Source: a virus
Lineage: Duplodnaviria > Caudoviricetes
Length of the DNA stretch: 36,717 nucleotides
Virus record (IMG/VR): IMGVR_UViG_3300042890_000848
Span: 1 to 36,717 of that record
Direction: 5' to 3' (one strand)
Shown here: positions 7,368-15,301 of the stretch, one piece after another
Numbering within the stretch: the first letter of the stretch is position 1
Layout of the letters: each line of letters opens with the position of its first letter
The notes under the pieces: generated by a model
Database searches by the model: none
Told to the model about the DNA's origin: nothing
What the model saw: only the letters and a program-made list of their open reading frames with translations
Translations under genes and position numbers: made by a program

Positions 7368-7740
7368 GCCTCTCAAACCAAGACAGGAGAAGTTTGCCAA
7401 GGCACTTGCTACAGGGCTACCTCTTGCAAAGGCCGCAAAACAAGCCGGCTATAATCCTGATCCTGCCCATGCTTGCAGAAGGGCAAAAACTGCCAATGTT
7501 TCGCAAAGGGTCGAGGAATTACGCGCCATTGCAGAAGAGAAGCTAGAACTATCGCGTCAGGAGTACCTTAAAACTGCTTGGAGTCGCTACATCGAACTAG
7601 CACCCGATCATCCTGTTACCGCCAAGTACGGGGAAATGGTCGCTAAAGCCCAGGGATGGAACGAACCCGACAAGGTAGAACTCAATGGAGGAATGGACAT
7701 CATCGTCCGCATAGGTGGCAAGACCCAAGATCATAGTTGA
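7360..7740 (+). CDS. terS: Terminase small subunit
   Basis: RQEKFAKALATG..LAKAAKQAGY HTH, directly upstream of terL; ATG 7360 chosen. Confidence 0.8.
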   Translation: MGKPLKPRQEKFAKALATGLPLAKAAKQAGYNPDPAHACRRAKTANVSQRVEELRAIAEEKLELSRQEYLKTAWSRYIELAPDHPVTAKYGEMVAKAQGWNEPDKVELNGGMDIIVRIGGKTQDHS

Positions 7741-9025
7741 ACTGGAACCACGGGATCAGTTCCGAGGCTACCTAGAGCGCGAAGAGCGTTGGGCTTGTCT
7801 CGTTGTCCATCGAAGGGGCGGCAAGACCTTTGGCTGCATCCAAGACCTCCTGCATAGGGCATTGACCCATCGCAGGGAAGGGCCGGCGCTTCGCTATGCC
7901 TACCTTGCCCCGACCCGTGACCAGACTAAAGACATTGCATGGGGGTATCTGAAGCAATTCACGGCACAGATCCCTGATGTCAAAGTCAACGAGGCCGACC
8001 TTCAGATCACCCTCCCGAACAAGGCGACGATCCGACTCTACTCCGGGGAAGCCTACGAACGTCTCCGAGGCATCTATCTGGATGGAGTCATCATTGACGA
8101 GTTTGCCGACATAGATCCCCAGGCATGGTATGCCGTCATCCGCCCCTGCTTATCCGACTACCAAGGATGGGCAACCTTCATCGGGACGCCCAAGGGTCGC
8201 AATGCCTTCTGGAGACTCTGGAAGGAAGCCACGGGCAACCCCGAATGGTTCACCCTGCAACTCAAGGCAAGCGAGTCAGGTATCTTGGACAGCAAGGAAC
8301 TCTCTGACATCAAGCGGGGGACGCCGGCTCATATTTACGATCAGGAGTATGAATGCTCCTTCGATGTGGGTCGCCCTGGTGCGATCTACTCCAAGTCACT
8401 TGCCGAGGCCCGTAACAACCGCAGGATCAGTAACGATGTCCTTTGGTTCAAGGAGGCGCCCGTCTACACCTCCTTTGACGTAGGTGCTCCACTCAATCAG
8501 AGGTGCTGGATATGGCAGATGGTCGGAGACCGCCTCAACTTCCTAGAGGCATTGTCAGGAGGAGATGACTGCAAGACGCCGGCAGATTGGGCAGGCAGGC
8601 TTACCCAGAAGCAGTATCGCTACGGGGCGCATTTCATCCCGCATGACGCAGCACAGGAGAACGGAGGACTCTGGCAGGAAGCTCTCAAGCTCGGAGGTCT
8701 CGCCAATGTTGTCCCTGTACCACGGCAAATGTCAGTCTGGGATGGCATCAACCTAGCCCTCGACGCTTTCCCTCGCATCAGCTTCAACGAGGAAGGGTGC
8801 CGTGACGGGATTGATTCACTCGACGCCTACCACTCCAAGGAGGAACGAGATGGAGTCACTATCAAGAATGTCCCTGTCCACGATTGGTCTAGCCACGGTT
8901 CAGACTCATTCTCCCTAGCTCATCAGGCGATCAAGGCGGGGCTTGTCGTTGACCGAACAGCAATCGCAAGGAGACCGAGGCCGATGGGTCGCCCGGATGT
9001 CATCATGGGCTTCCGAGGAACTTGA
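7715..9025 (+). CDS. terL: Terminase large subunit
   Basis: Walker A HRRGGKT, LRG, Walker B IIDEFAD, IGTPKGRN, nuclease SFDVG / PHDA / HDWSSHGSD. Confidence 0.95.
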   Translation: MARPKIIVELEPRDQFRGYLEREERWACLVVHRRGGKTFGCIQDLLHRALTHRREGPALRYAYLAPTRDQTKDIAWGYLKQFTAQIPDVKVNEADLQITLPNKATIRLYSGEAYERLRGIYLDGVIIDEFADIDPQAWYAVIRPCLSDYQGWATFIGTPKGRNAFWRLWKEATGNPEWFTLQLKASESGILDSKELSDIKRGTPAHIYDQEYECSFDVGRPGAIYSKSLAEARNNRRISNDVLWFKEAPVYTSFDVGAPLNQRCWIWQMVGDRLNFLEALSGGDDCKTPADWAGRLTQKQYRYGAHFIPHDAAQENGGLWQEALKLGGLANVVPVPRQMSVWDGINLALDAFPRISFNEEGCRDGIDSLDAYHSKEERDGVTIKNVPVHDWSSHGSDSFSLAHQAIKAGLVVDRTAIARRPRPMGRPDVIMGFRGT

Positions 9026-9185
9026 AAAAAATGTTTCCTTTTTCAAGATGGCCGGCATATTCTGGCAACCCAACCAGAAAACATTCCGATGAAGATCAGC
9101 ATTCACAGGCTCAATCAGCGTCTCGTCCGGGCGCGAAACCTACAAAAGCTGGAAACCTCCGAGTCCCAATGGCAGAGTGCCGTGC

Positions 9186-9359
9186 ATGGCAACCAAGAAG
9201 ACTCATGGCGGCAAGCGCAAGGGATCAGGCCGCAAGGCCGGCAAACGATCCGAGAGCAAGTCTATCTCCATGTTGTCAGAGCAATGGGAGAAGGTGGACA
9301 AGAGCCGGGGCAGCAAGCCCAGGGGCAAATGGATTGGGGATTTGGTCGATAGGGAGTGA
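9186..9359 (+). CDS. Small basic DNA-binding protein (GGKRxGxGRK hook plus RHH-like tail)
   Basis: HGGKRKGSGRK...SKSISMLSEQWEKVD; resembles the C-terminus of 36141-36602. Confidence 0.6.
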   Translation: MATKKTHGGKRKGSGRKAGKRSESKSISMLSEQWEKVDKSRGSKPRGKWIGDLVDRE

Positions 9360-9361
9360 CG

Positions 9362-9712
9362 ATGACGCCCGCTGAACAGGCGGCGGCAGTCTATCAACGG
9401 GAGCATTGCGCTAGGTCATTCAAGGAAGACCTAGAGGCTCACCTACTCAATGGTCATGTTCACTCCACCGATCAGTATTTCATCATGGGGCGCAAGGTTA
9501 GGAGGGACGCACCTCATGCCGACATCGTGAATCCCTGGGTCAAACATGAGAACCCTGATTGCTGGTTAGTCTACCTCCATGCCGGCAATATGAGACTCGC
9601 CTTTGAAGCGGCAGATGTCCGACTTCCCTTTGTCTGTTTTGAGAAGCGCAATCGCCTAAAGTTCTACACATGGGAAGAAATCCATAAAAGAACCAAGCGT
9701 TTCTTTGCATAA
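9362..9712 (+). CDS. Hypothetical protein before the portal operon
   Basis: 116-aa ORF with GGGAG RBS. Confidence 0.7.
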   Translation: MTPAEQAAAVYQREHCARSFKEDLEAHLLNGHVHSTDQYFIMGRKVRRDAPHADIVNPWVKHENPDCWLVYLHAGNMRLAFEAADVRLPFVCFEKRNRLKFYTWEEIHKRTKRFFA

Positions 9713-9718
9713 TTCCTC

Positions 9719-9747
9719 TTGCCAAGTTAGTACGCGGATGTTAATTC
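9719..9747 (+). promoter_or_regulatory. Putative late promoter
   Basis: TTGCCA-N17-TAATTC with GATGTTA at 9737-9743. Confidence 0.55.
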
Positions 9748-9753
9748 CGCTTA

Positions 9754-10119
9754 ATGCTTTCCAAGATTGAATCGTTTTTCGATGAATTAGTTTCGGCTCT
9801 CACGCCCGAATTGGCTATTGCCGGCGGTGTTCCTTACCCAAATGAGAACATTGATAAAAAGCCCACCTTGGCGCTCAACAAGGGTGGTTCCCCGCCTGCT
9901 CCTCCTGCCCCTCCGCAGATCAACATCCCCCCTCCGCCTCCGCCTCCCCCACCCCCGCCACCACCTCCGACTGCTTCCTCCGCTGACGTAGCGGCACAGC
10001 AGCAGTCCGCTTTGCAGAACAACGCCGGTCGCTTCGGATTCAAGGCTTCCCTCCTCAAGGACGGGAAAGCCGAGTCCTCCAACAGCGCCACGGGCAGCGG
10101 TTCCTTGCTTGGTTCCTAA
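9754..10119 (+). CDS. Small proline-rich virion-associated protein
   Basis: Immediately upstream of portal; KGG followed by polyproline; ends GSLLGS. Confidence 0.7.
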   Translation: MLSKIESFFDELVSALTPELAIAGGVPYPNENIDKKPTLALNKGGSPPAPPAPPQINIPPPPPPPPPPPPPPTASSADVAAQQQSALQNNAGRFGFKASLLKDGKAESSNSATGSGSLLGS

Positions 10120-10125
10120 TCACGC

Positions 10126-11883
10126 ATGGCGAAGACATCCGATGTTGTTGCCGAGTTGACTGTTCCTAAAAAGGAGAACAGCAAGAGTGAGCTTGCCGCC
10201 GGGATCGTCTCCCGTTGGTCAAAGCTGGAATCTGACCGCAACTATTGGATGAGTATGTGGCAGCAGATTGCGGAGCTTGTGATGCCCCGCAAGTCGTACA
10301 TCCTCTGCACGACCATCACCCCCAACAGCGAACGCGAGGCCCGCCTCTACGATTCCACGGGAGTCCGCGCCAACCAAGTCCTTGCCGCAGGGTGCATGAG
10401 CTATATCACGCCGGCGGATTCCCGTTGGTGTTCCTTTGATGCTCCTAGCGAGATCGAGGATGGGGACGGTGTGCAGGAATACTTTGCCGAGGTGACGGAG
10501 ATCGTCATGGAGACTCTTGCAAGGAGCAACTTCCACCAGGCGATCCATGAACTCTATCTGGATCGTGGATGCTTTGGTTCCGCCGTCCTCTTCGTGGAGC
10601 CGGGAGAGAAGCTGCCCATCACCTTCACCAACGTCGATGTCGGCACCTTCTGCATCTCCGAGAACTACGAGGGCTATGTGGACACCATGTTCCGCCGGCT
10701 GGAGATGACGACCCGCCAGTTGGTTCAGCAGTTCGGGATTGATAACGTCTCCGATGCCGTTCGCAAGTGCTACAACGATGCCAACGGCAAGGGCATGGAC
10801 GAGAAGTGGAACGTGATCCACGGCGTCTATCCCCGTGAAGAGGGCGCAAGGAACAAGGGAAAGTATGACGGGCCGAACAAGCCCATTGCCTCCTGCTACG
10901 TCGAGGAGAAGAGCAAGCACGTTCTCCGCGAGTCGGGCTACGACGAGTTGCCCTTCATGGCGACGAGGTATCTGAAATGGCAGAAGAGCGCCTACGGGTG
11001 GTCGCCCTCCTGGGTCGCCATGCCTGACCTTCGTCAACTCAACTTCCTCCAGAAACAAATGGATGCCTTGGCAGAACTTGCAGCCTTCCCACGCATCCTC
11101 GCTCCCGATTCGCAGGAGTCTTCCATCGACCTCCGAGCCGGCGGAGTGACCTACTTCAACGCCGCAGATCCCAATGCCCGTCCTATCGAATGGGCTACGC
11201 AGGGTCGCTATGACATCGGCCTTGAGCGAGTGGCGCAGAAGCAGAACGACATTAAGGAAGCCTTCAGCGTTCCCCTCTTCCAAATGTTTAGCGCCGAGGA
11301 GTCAGCGGCACCGAATCGCATGACCGCAACGGAGGTCAATGCCCGGAATGCCGAGCGTCTGGCGCAGTTCTCTCCTACCTTTTCCCGTCTCACGACCGAA
11401 CTCCTGACCCCTCTCCTCCAGAGGGTTTACGGCATCTTGGCAAGGAACGGTGCATTCCCCCCACCCCCGGAAGCTCTCATCCAACAAGGGCCGACGGGGG
11501 AACTCTTCATCCCCGAACCGAAGGTCAACTTCAACAGCAGGATCGCCCTTGCCGTGAAGAACATGGAGCAGGGCGCGACCGATGCGACCGTCCAGAGGGC
11601 AGCGGCACTTGCCTCTGTGACCCAAGACCCAAGCATCTTCGACAACTTCGACACGGATAAGATGGTCAGGGAAAGCGCCTTGGCCTCTGGCATGGATAGC
11701 GAATACCTCCGACCCCAGGAACAAGTCGCCCAGATGCGTCAGCAGAGGGTGCAGGCCCAGCAACAAATGCAGGAGATGCAGGCCCAGCAACACGCCGCCG
11801 AAGTTGCCGCCAAGGTGGGAGGCATCAAGGGAGATTCCGCAATGGTGCAAGGCGTTCAGTCCCAGATGGCTTCCATGATGTAA
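10126..11883 (+). CDS. Portal (head-tail connector), podovirus type
   Basis: 585 aa; LYDSTG, YLDRGCFGSA, PFMATRY.K...AYGWSP, MTATEV. Confidence 0.95.
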   Translation: MAKTSDVVAELTVPKKENSKSELAAGIVSRWSKLESDRNYWMSMWQQIAELVMPRKSYILCTTITPNSEREARLYDSTGVRANQVLAAGCMSYITPADSRWCSFDAPSEIEDGDGVQEYFAEVTEIVMETLARSNFHQAIHELYLDRGCFGSAVLFVEPGEKLPITFTNVDVGTFCISENYEGYVDTMFRRLEMTTRQLVQQFGIDNVSDAVRKCYNDANGKGMDEKWNVIHGVYPREEGARNKGKYDGPNKPIASCYVEEKSKHVLRESGYDELPFMATRYLKWQKSAYGWSPSWVAMPDLRQLNFLQKQMDALAELAAFPRILAPDSQESSIDLRAGGVTYFNAADPNARPIEWATQGRYDIGLERVAQKQNDIKEAFSVPLFQMFSAEESAAPNRMTATEVNARNAERLAQFSPTFSRLTTELLTPLLQRVYGILARNGAFPPPPEALIQQGPTGELFIPEPKVNFNSRIALAVKNMEQGATDATVQRAAALASVTQDPSIFDNFDTDKMVRESALASGMDSEYLRPQEQVAQMRQQRVQAQQQMQEMQAQQHAAEVAAKVGGIKGDSAMVQGVQSQMASMM

Positions 11884-11905
11884 CGACACCCAACCCATTC
11901 CGACC

Positions 11906-12181
11906 ATGCCGACACTTACTGACAGAGACCTAGAGATCCAACGCATTGCCACAGCCTACGGGTATTTTGAGACCGACCCCGGCAAGCTGGTCATCTCCGA
12001 CCTAGAGAAAGCCTTTGGCATCAATGTGCCGGCCTTCCTTCCCCAAGACGGCAGGGCATACGACCCCATTCACGCAGCTATCCGCGATGGTCAGAGGAGC
12101 GTTCTCCTCCACATGAAGGCCGTCGCAACCAAACACAACAATGGCGAGACCACAAAAAAACCCGACACCAAGCGAGACTAA
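11906..12181 (+). CDS. Conserved post-portal protein (Bbp19-like)
   Basis: GKLVISDL, DPIHAAIRDGQRSVLLHM; position after portal. Confidence 0.7.
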   Translation: MPTLTDRDLEIQRIATAYGYFETDPGKLVISDLEKAFGINVPAFLPQDGRAYDPIHAAIRDGQRSVLLHMKAVATKHNNGETTKKPDTKRD

Positions 12182-12335
12182 CAACCTCCCCGAACCAGAG
12201 CAGTCACCCCTCATGGGAGACCTGACCCCCGACTACATCCTCTGGTTCAAGAAGACGCACTCCCGCGAGGAGTTCATCGCACGATATTCCGAACGCATCC
12301 CGACCGAATACCCAACAACCCATCAAATCGACTAA
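12141..12335 (+). CDS. Hypothetical protein
   Basis: 64-aa ORF whose stop abuts the scaffold ATG. Confidence 0.6.
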   Translation: MARPQKNPTPSETNNLPEPEQSPLMGDLTPDYILWFKKTHSREEFIARYSERIPTEYPTTHQID

Positions 12336-13244
12336 ATGATCACATCTGACGCCATTGCCGCAGACCCCGTGGACGGAAACGCCCTCTTGAGTCAGCAGGC
12401 TAACACCCCGCCCCCTAGCACCCCCTCGCCCATTGGGGATAACCTCCTCTCGACCCCTGCACCAGAGGCGCCGGCCTCCAACTCGCCTTGGGTCAATGAC
12501 AAGGGAGAGTTTTCCGAAGGTTGGCTTGACCGCCTTCCGAAGGAACTATCCGAACACAAGCAGATCCTCGGTCAGTTCAAGGACATCGACGGGGCGCTCA
12601 AGACCCTTGTTTCGCAGCAGAAGATGCTCGGCAAGAAGGCCGATGCCATCCTGATCCCTGACGACAAGGCTACTCCCGAAGAGAAAGCCGCATTCTTGAA
12701 GAAGCTCGGTGTGCCAGACTCACCCGAAGCGTACCAACTCCGCCCCAAGGATCTCCCCGCCGGCTACGAGTGGGACGACTCCGTTGCCAAGGAGTTTAAT
12801 GCCCTTGCCCATCAGAACGGAATCACCCCGAAGCAGATGGACGCACTCATGGGGCGCTATGCCGCCTTTGAGTCGCAGAAGGCCGAAGCCGCAGCCTCCC
12901 AGCAGAAAGCCGAGATGGAAGCCGGTCGCAAGACCCTGGCTGAAGCGTGGGGAGACAAGTACGATGTCGAGTTGAGCGTTGCCCGTCGAGCCGCACAAGT
13001 CGCCGGCGTCGATGTCAACTCCAAGGGGTTCTCTGACCCTTCGGTCGTCCTCGCCTTCAACCGACTCGCCCGGATGATGAGTGATGACAAGATCGTCAAC
13101 TCGGACACAGCAGGAACCATGATGGCAGGCAAGGCCCGTGCGATGGACATCATGACCAATCCTTCCAACCCCCTGCATGGCAAGTATGCCTCCGGGGACA
13201 AGACAACCGCTGATCTGGTCTCTGACCTCTTGAAAAATGGATAA
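12336..13244 (+). CDS. Capsid assembly (scaffolding) protein
   Basis: Pro-rich N-terminus, KLGVPDSPEAY, GITPKQ, LAEAWGDKYD; between portal and capsid. Confidence 0.8.
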   Translation: MITSDAIAADPVDGNALLSQQANTPPPSTPSPIGDNLLSTPAPEAPASNSPWVNDKGEFSEGWLDRLPKELSEHKQILGQFKDIDGALKTLVSQQKMLGKKADAILIPDDKATPEEKAAFLKKLGVPDSPEAYQLRPKDLPAGYEWDDSVAKEFNALAHQNGITPKQMDALMGRYAAFESQKAEAAASQQKAEMEAGRKTLAEAWGDKYDVELSVARRAAQVAGVDVNSKGFSDPSVVLAFNRLARMMSDDKIVNSDTAGTMMAGKARAMDIMTNPSNPLHGKYASGDKTTADLVSDLLKNG

Positions 13245-13548
13245 TCAATACGACAACGAGCGCAAGGGCGTCCTCTTCCTCAAGGGAAGCGAGAACCCGA
13301 AAGCCCCCAAGTGGTCGGGCAAGATGACCCTTGGAGGCGTCGAGTACCAGATCGCCGCATGGGAGAAGATGTCCAAGTCGGGCAAGGAGATGCTGACCAT
13401 CTCCATCACCGACAAGCCGGCAGGAGGCAGCTATGCCAATTCCCCAAGGCGTGACGACTATCCTCCATCCCCTGCTCTGGTGGCTCATAACAAGGCCAAG
13501 GCCAACGGCTACCAGAAGCAACACGAAGAAGACGACATTCCGTTCTGA
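13237..13548 (+). CDS. SSB-like protein (DUF736-like)
   Basis: GVLF..SENPKAPKWSG, YQIAAW, acidic tail EEDDIPF. Confidence 0.7.
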   Translation: MDNQYDNERKGVLFLKGSENPKAPKWSGKMTLGGVEYQIAAWEKMSKSGKEMLTISITDKPAGGSYANSPRRDDYPPSPALVAHNKAKANGYQKQHEEDDIPF

Positions 13549-13571
13549 TCTTTAGCTTGGTTGGACGCAAG

Positions 13572-13608
13572 AAGCCCTCACCGGGAAACTGGTGGGGGTT
13601 TTGCTTTT
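13572..13608 (+). terminator. Intrinsic terminator
   Basis: AAGCCCTCACCGG-GAAA-CTGGTGGGGGTTT then TGCTTTT. Confidence 0.8.
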
Positions 13609-13777
13609 GCGGAGAATAGCCCGATTATTCACCGCATAACACCCGATTGGGATGTCAGCTATAGCTACCGTTACCGGCCTTAATTTCCGCTAAAGGAAAC
13701 CTTACTTGTTAAAGAAACGCATCGGTATCTTTAATAGCTAACAGAGTTGTTAAAGATTGGCAGACGGCAAATGTGTA

Positions 13778-13846
13778 AGTCGGAGGGGGATTTGAACCCC
13801 CATACCCTCTATTGGGAGGGATCTTGCCCCCTTTAGATCATCCGAC
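13778..13846 (-). ncRNA. tRNA-like cloverleaf with aberrant anticodon arm (pseudo-tRNA or tRNA mimic)
   Basis: GTCGGA/TCCGAC acceptor, ATCT/AGAT D-stem, CCCTC-CCAATA-GAGGG arm, GGGGG-TTCAAAT-CCCCC T-arm. Confidence 0.7.
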
Positions 13847-13851
13847 AAAAA

Positions 13852-13995
13852 TGGTCGGAGGAGGATCAGGTCGCTAGATTCAAGACCAGTTACCCATTGG
13901 GTCACGCCCGATCAAGAATCCCCCTCATTGCCGCCCCCGATTTATCGCGTCCAACCTTTCGATCAGAGCAGTGGTTCACCGAAGATCCCCACGAG
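13852..13995 (-). ncRNA. Unassigned structured RNA ending in CCA
   Basis: Lies between two tRNA-type genes, has several stems, 3' end CCTCCGACCA. Confidence 0.45.
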
Positions 13996-13999
13996 ATAT

Positions 14000-14075
14000 T
14001 GGCACAGCCCCTTGGAATCGAACCAAGCCAGCAAGATTTGGAGTCTCGCTCGCCCGCCTTGGAACATTGGACTGC
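14000..14075 (-). tRNA. tRNA-Trp(CCA), atypical D-arm
   Basis: GCAGTCC/GGGCTGT acceptor, CGAGA-CTCCAAA-TCTTG, CTTGG-TTCGATT-CCAAG, G73 and encoded CCA. Confidence 0.85.
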
Positions 14076-14081
14076 GGTTAG

Positions 14082-14109
14082 ACTCTACAAATTATTTCAG
14101 AAACCGCAA
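14082..14109 (-). promoter_or_regulatory. Promoter for the tRNA island
   Basis: TTGCGG-N16-TAGAGT on the minus strand, 6 nt before the tRNA 5' end. Confidence 0.5.
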
Positions 14110-14129
14110 TCTTTTTGTGCGAATTATCG

Positions 14130-14158
14130 TTGACGGGTTAGGTGAGTGATGTTAGTTG
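14130..14158 (+). promoter_or_regulatory. Putative capsid promoter
   Basis: TTGACG-N17-TAGTTG with GATGTTA at 14148-14154. Confidence 0.55.
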
Positions 14159-14167
14159 CTTGAAATA

Positions 14168-14278
14168 GACAAACCGAGAGGCAACCCCTCTAGCGATTGC
14201 TAGGCGTGGATCTGTGTAGGTTGGTCATCCCCGAAGTTAAGTGATCCCGTAAGGGACAACCTCTTGTTCGGTTTAGTC
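14168..14278 (+). ncRNA. Structured 5' leader of the major capsid gene
   Basis: GAC-AAACCGA / TCGGTTT-A-GTC closing stem enclosing CTAGC-GATT-GCTAG and TCCC-GTAA-GGGA hairpins. Confidence 0.55.
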
Positions 14279-14311
14279 AGTATCCTACACAACCCCTAAC
14301 ACACTAACATT

Positions 14312-15232
14312 ATGCTTCAGATCCCCGATCACTACGTTATCCAGTACGAGACCAACTGGCAGCACCTCCTTCAGCAGATGGAGTCCCGCCTCAAGGAGAA
14401 GACCAAGTTCGTCAGCGCCTCTGGTGCCGCCGTCCGCTTCAACCAGTATGGACTCACCTCCATGTCCCAGGTCACGACCCGGAACGCTTCGACGCCGACC
14501 GCCAACAGCGATCTGCCGACCCGTTGGGCGTATCCGACTCCCTACGACATCGCCAATCGCTTCAGCGAGTTCGACAACCTCTTCCTCGGAAGCGTTGTCC
14601 TGCCCACCTCGGAGTGCATGCAGTCGCAGGCCGCAGCTTACGGGCGTCTGGTTGACAAGATCCTCATCGATGCCCTCACCGCATCCGCGACGATCACCAA
14701 CACAGCCAACACCTCCGCTGGTTTTGGTCTGAACAACACCACAACCACCGTTGCCCTCCCCGCAGGACAGACGGTTGCTGTGAACTACGTCCCTGCCGGC
14801 GGAACCGCTACCAACAGCGGTCTCACCATCGGCAAGCTCCGCGAGGCCAAGCGCATCCTTGATGCGAACGAAGCCCCCGCAGAGGATCGCGTTCTCATCG
14901 TGAGCGCCAAGGAGATCAGCGATCTTCTCGGCACGACCGAAGTGACCAGCAATCTGTTCAACAGCGTCCGCGCCCTTGTGGACGGCGATGTCGATCAGTT
15001 CCTTGGGTTCAAGGTTGTTCGCTCCGAGCAGCTTGGACTCGCCTCGAACGTCCGCACTTGCGTGGCCTACCACAAGAATGCGGCGGTCGTCGTGGATGGC
15101 GGCAAGAAGTCCTACATGGACGTTCTGCCCACCCAGTCCCATGCCCTCCAGATCCGCTCCACAGCGGTTCTCGGTGCGACCCGTCTCCTTGAGAACGGCG
15201 TCGTGAGCATCCTGGCCGACACCACCAAGTAA
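14312..15232 (+). CDS. Major capsid protein
   Basis: 306 aa; HLLQQMESRL, AAAYGRLVDKILIDAL, VRALVDGDVDQFLGFK, LGATRL; strong codon bias; terminator follows. Confidence 0.9.
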   Translation: MLQIPDHYVIQYETNWQHLLQQMESRLKEKTKFVSASGAAVRFNQYGLTSMSQVTTRNASTPTANSDLPTRWAYPTPYDIANRFSEFDNLFLGSVVLPTSECMQSQAAAYGRLVDKILIDALTASATITNTANTSAGFGLNNTTTTVALPAGQTVAVNYVPAGGTATNSGLTIGKLREAKRILDANEAPAEDRVLIVSAKEISDLLGTTEVTSNLFNSVRALVDGDVDQFLGFKVVRSEQLGLASNVRTCVAYHKNAAVVVDGGKKSYMDVLPTQSHALQIRSTAVLGATRLLENGVVSILADTTK

Positions 15233-15246
15233 GTAATCACAAGTCG

Positions 15247-15286
15247 GGGGTGGGGCGTCCAGCGAGGCGTCCCACCCCTTTCTTTT
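15247..15286 (+). terminator. Intrinsic terminator after the capsid gene
   Basis: GGGGTGGG...CCCACCCC followed by TTTCTTTT. Confidence 0.8.
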
Positions 15287-15301
15287 ACAACTCGAAAAAC
15301 T

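Noticed and set aside
9022-9375. 117-aa ORF after terL
   Set aside because: No recognisable features; the overlapping 9186-9359 frame has a paralog elsewhere in the genome
10219-11283. 354-aa antisense ORF within portal
   Set aside because: Shadow ORF expected from codon bias of the sense gene; no motifs
13852-13999. Theta/HDV-like, hammerhead or pistol ribozyme, tmRNA, or SRP RNA
   Set aside because: I could not fit the required cores by eye (no nested double pseudoknot, CTGATC rather than CTGATGA, no tag ORF or SRP loop); kept as an unassigned RNA pending Infernal
13778-14075. attP site or suppressor tRNA implying a recoded genome
   Set aside because: No integrase; no CUA or UCA anticodon; TAA, TAG and TGA all end well-formed genes
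13897-14149. Plus-strand ORFs of 73-78 aa
   Set aside because: They lie antisense to the tRNA island and have no protein features
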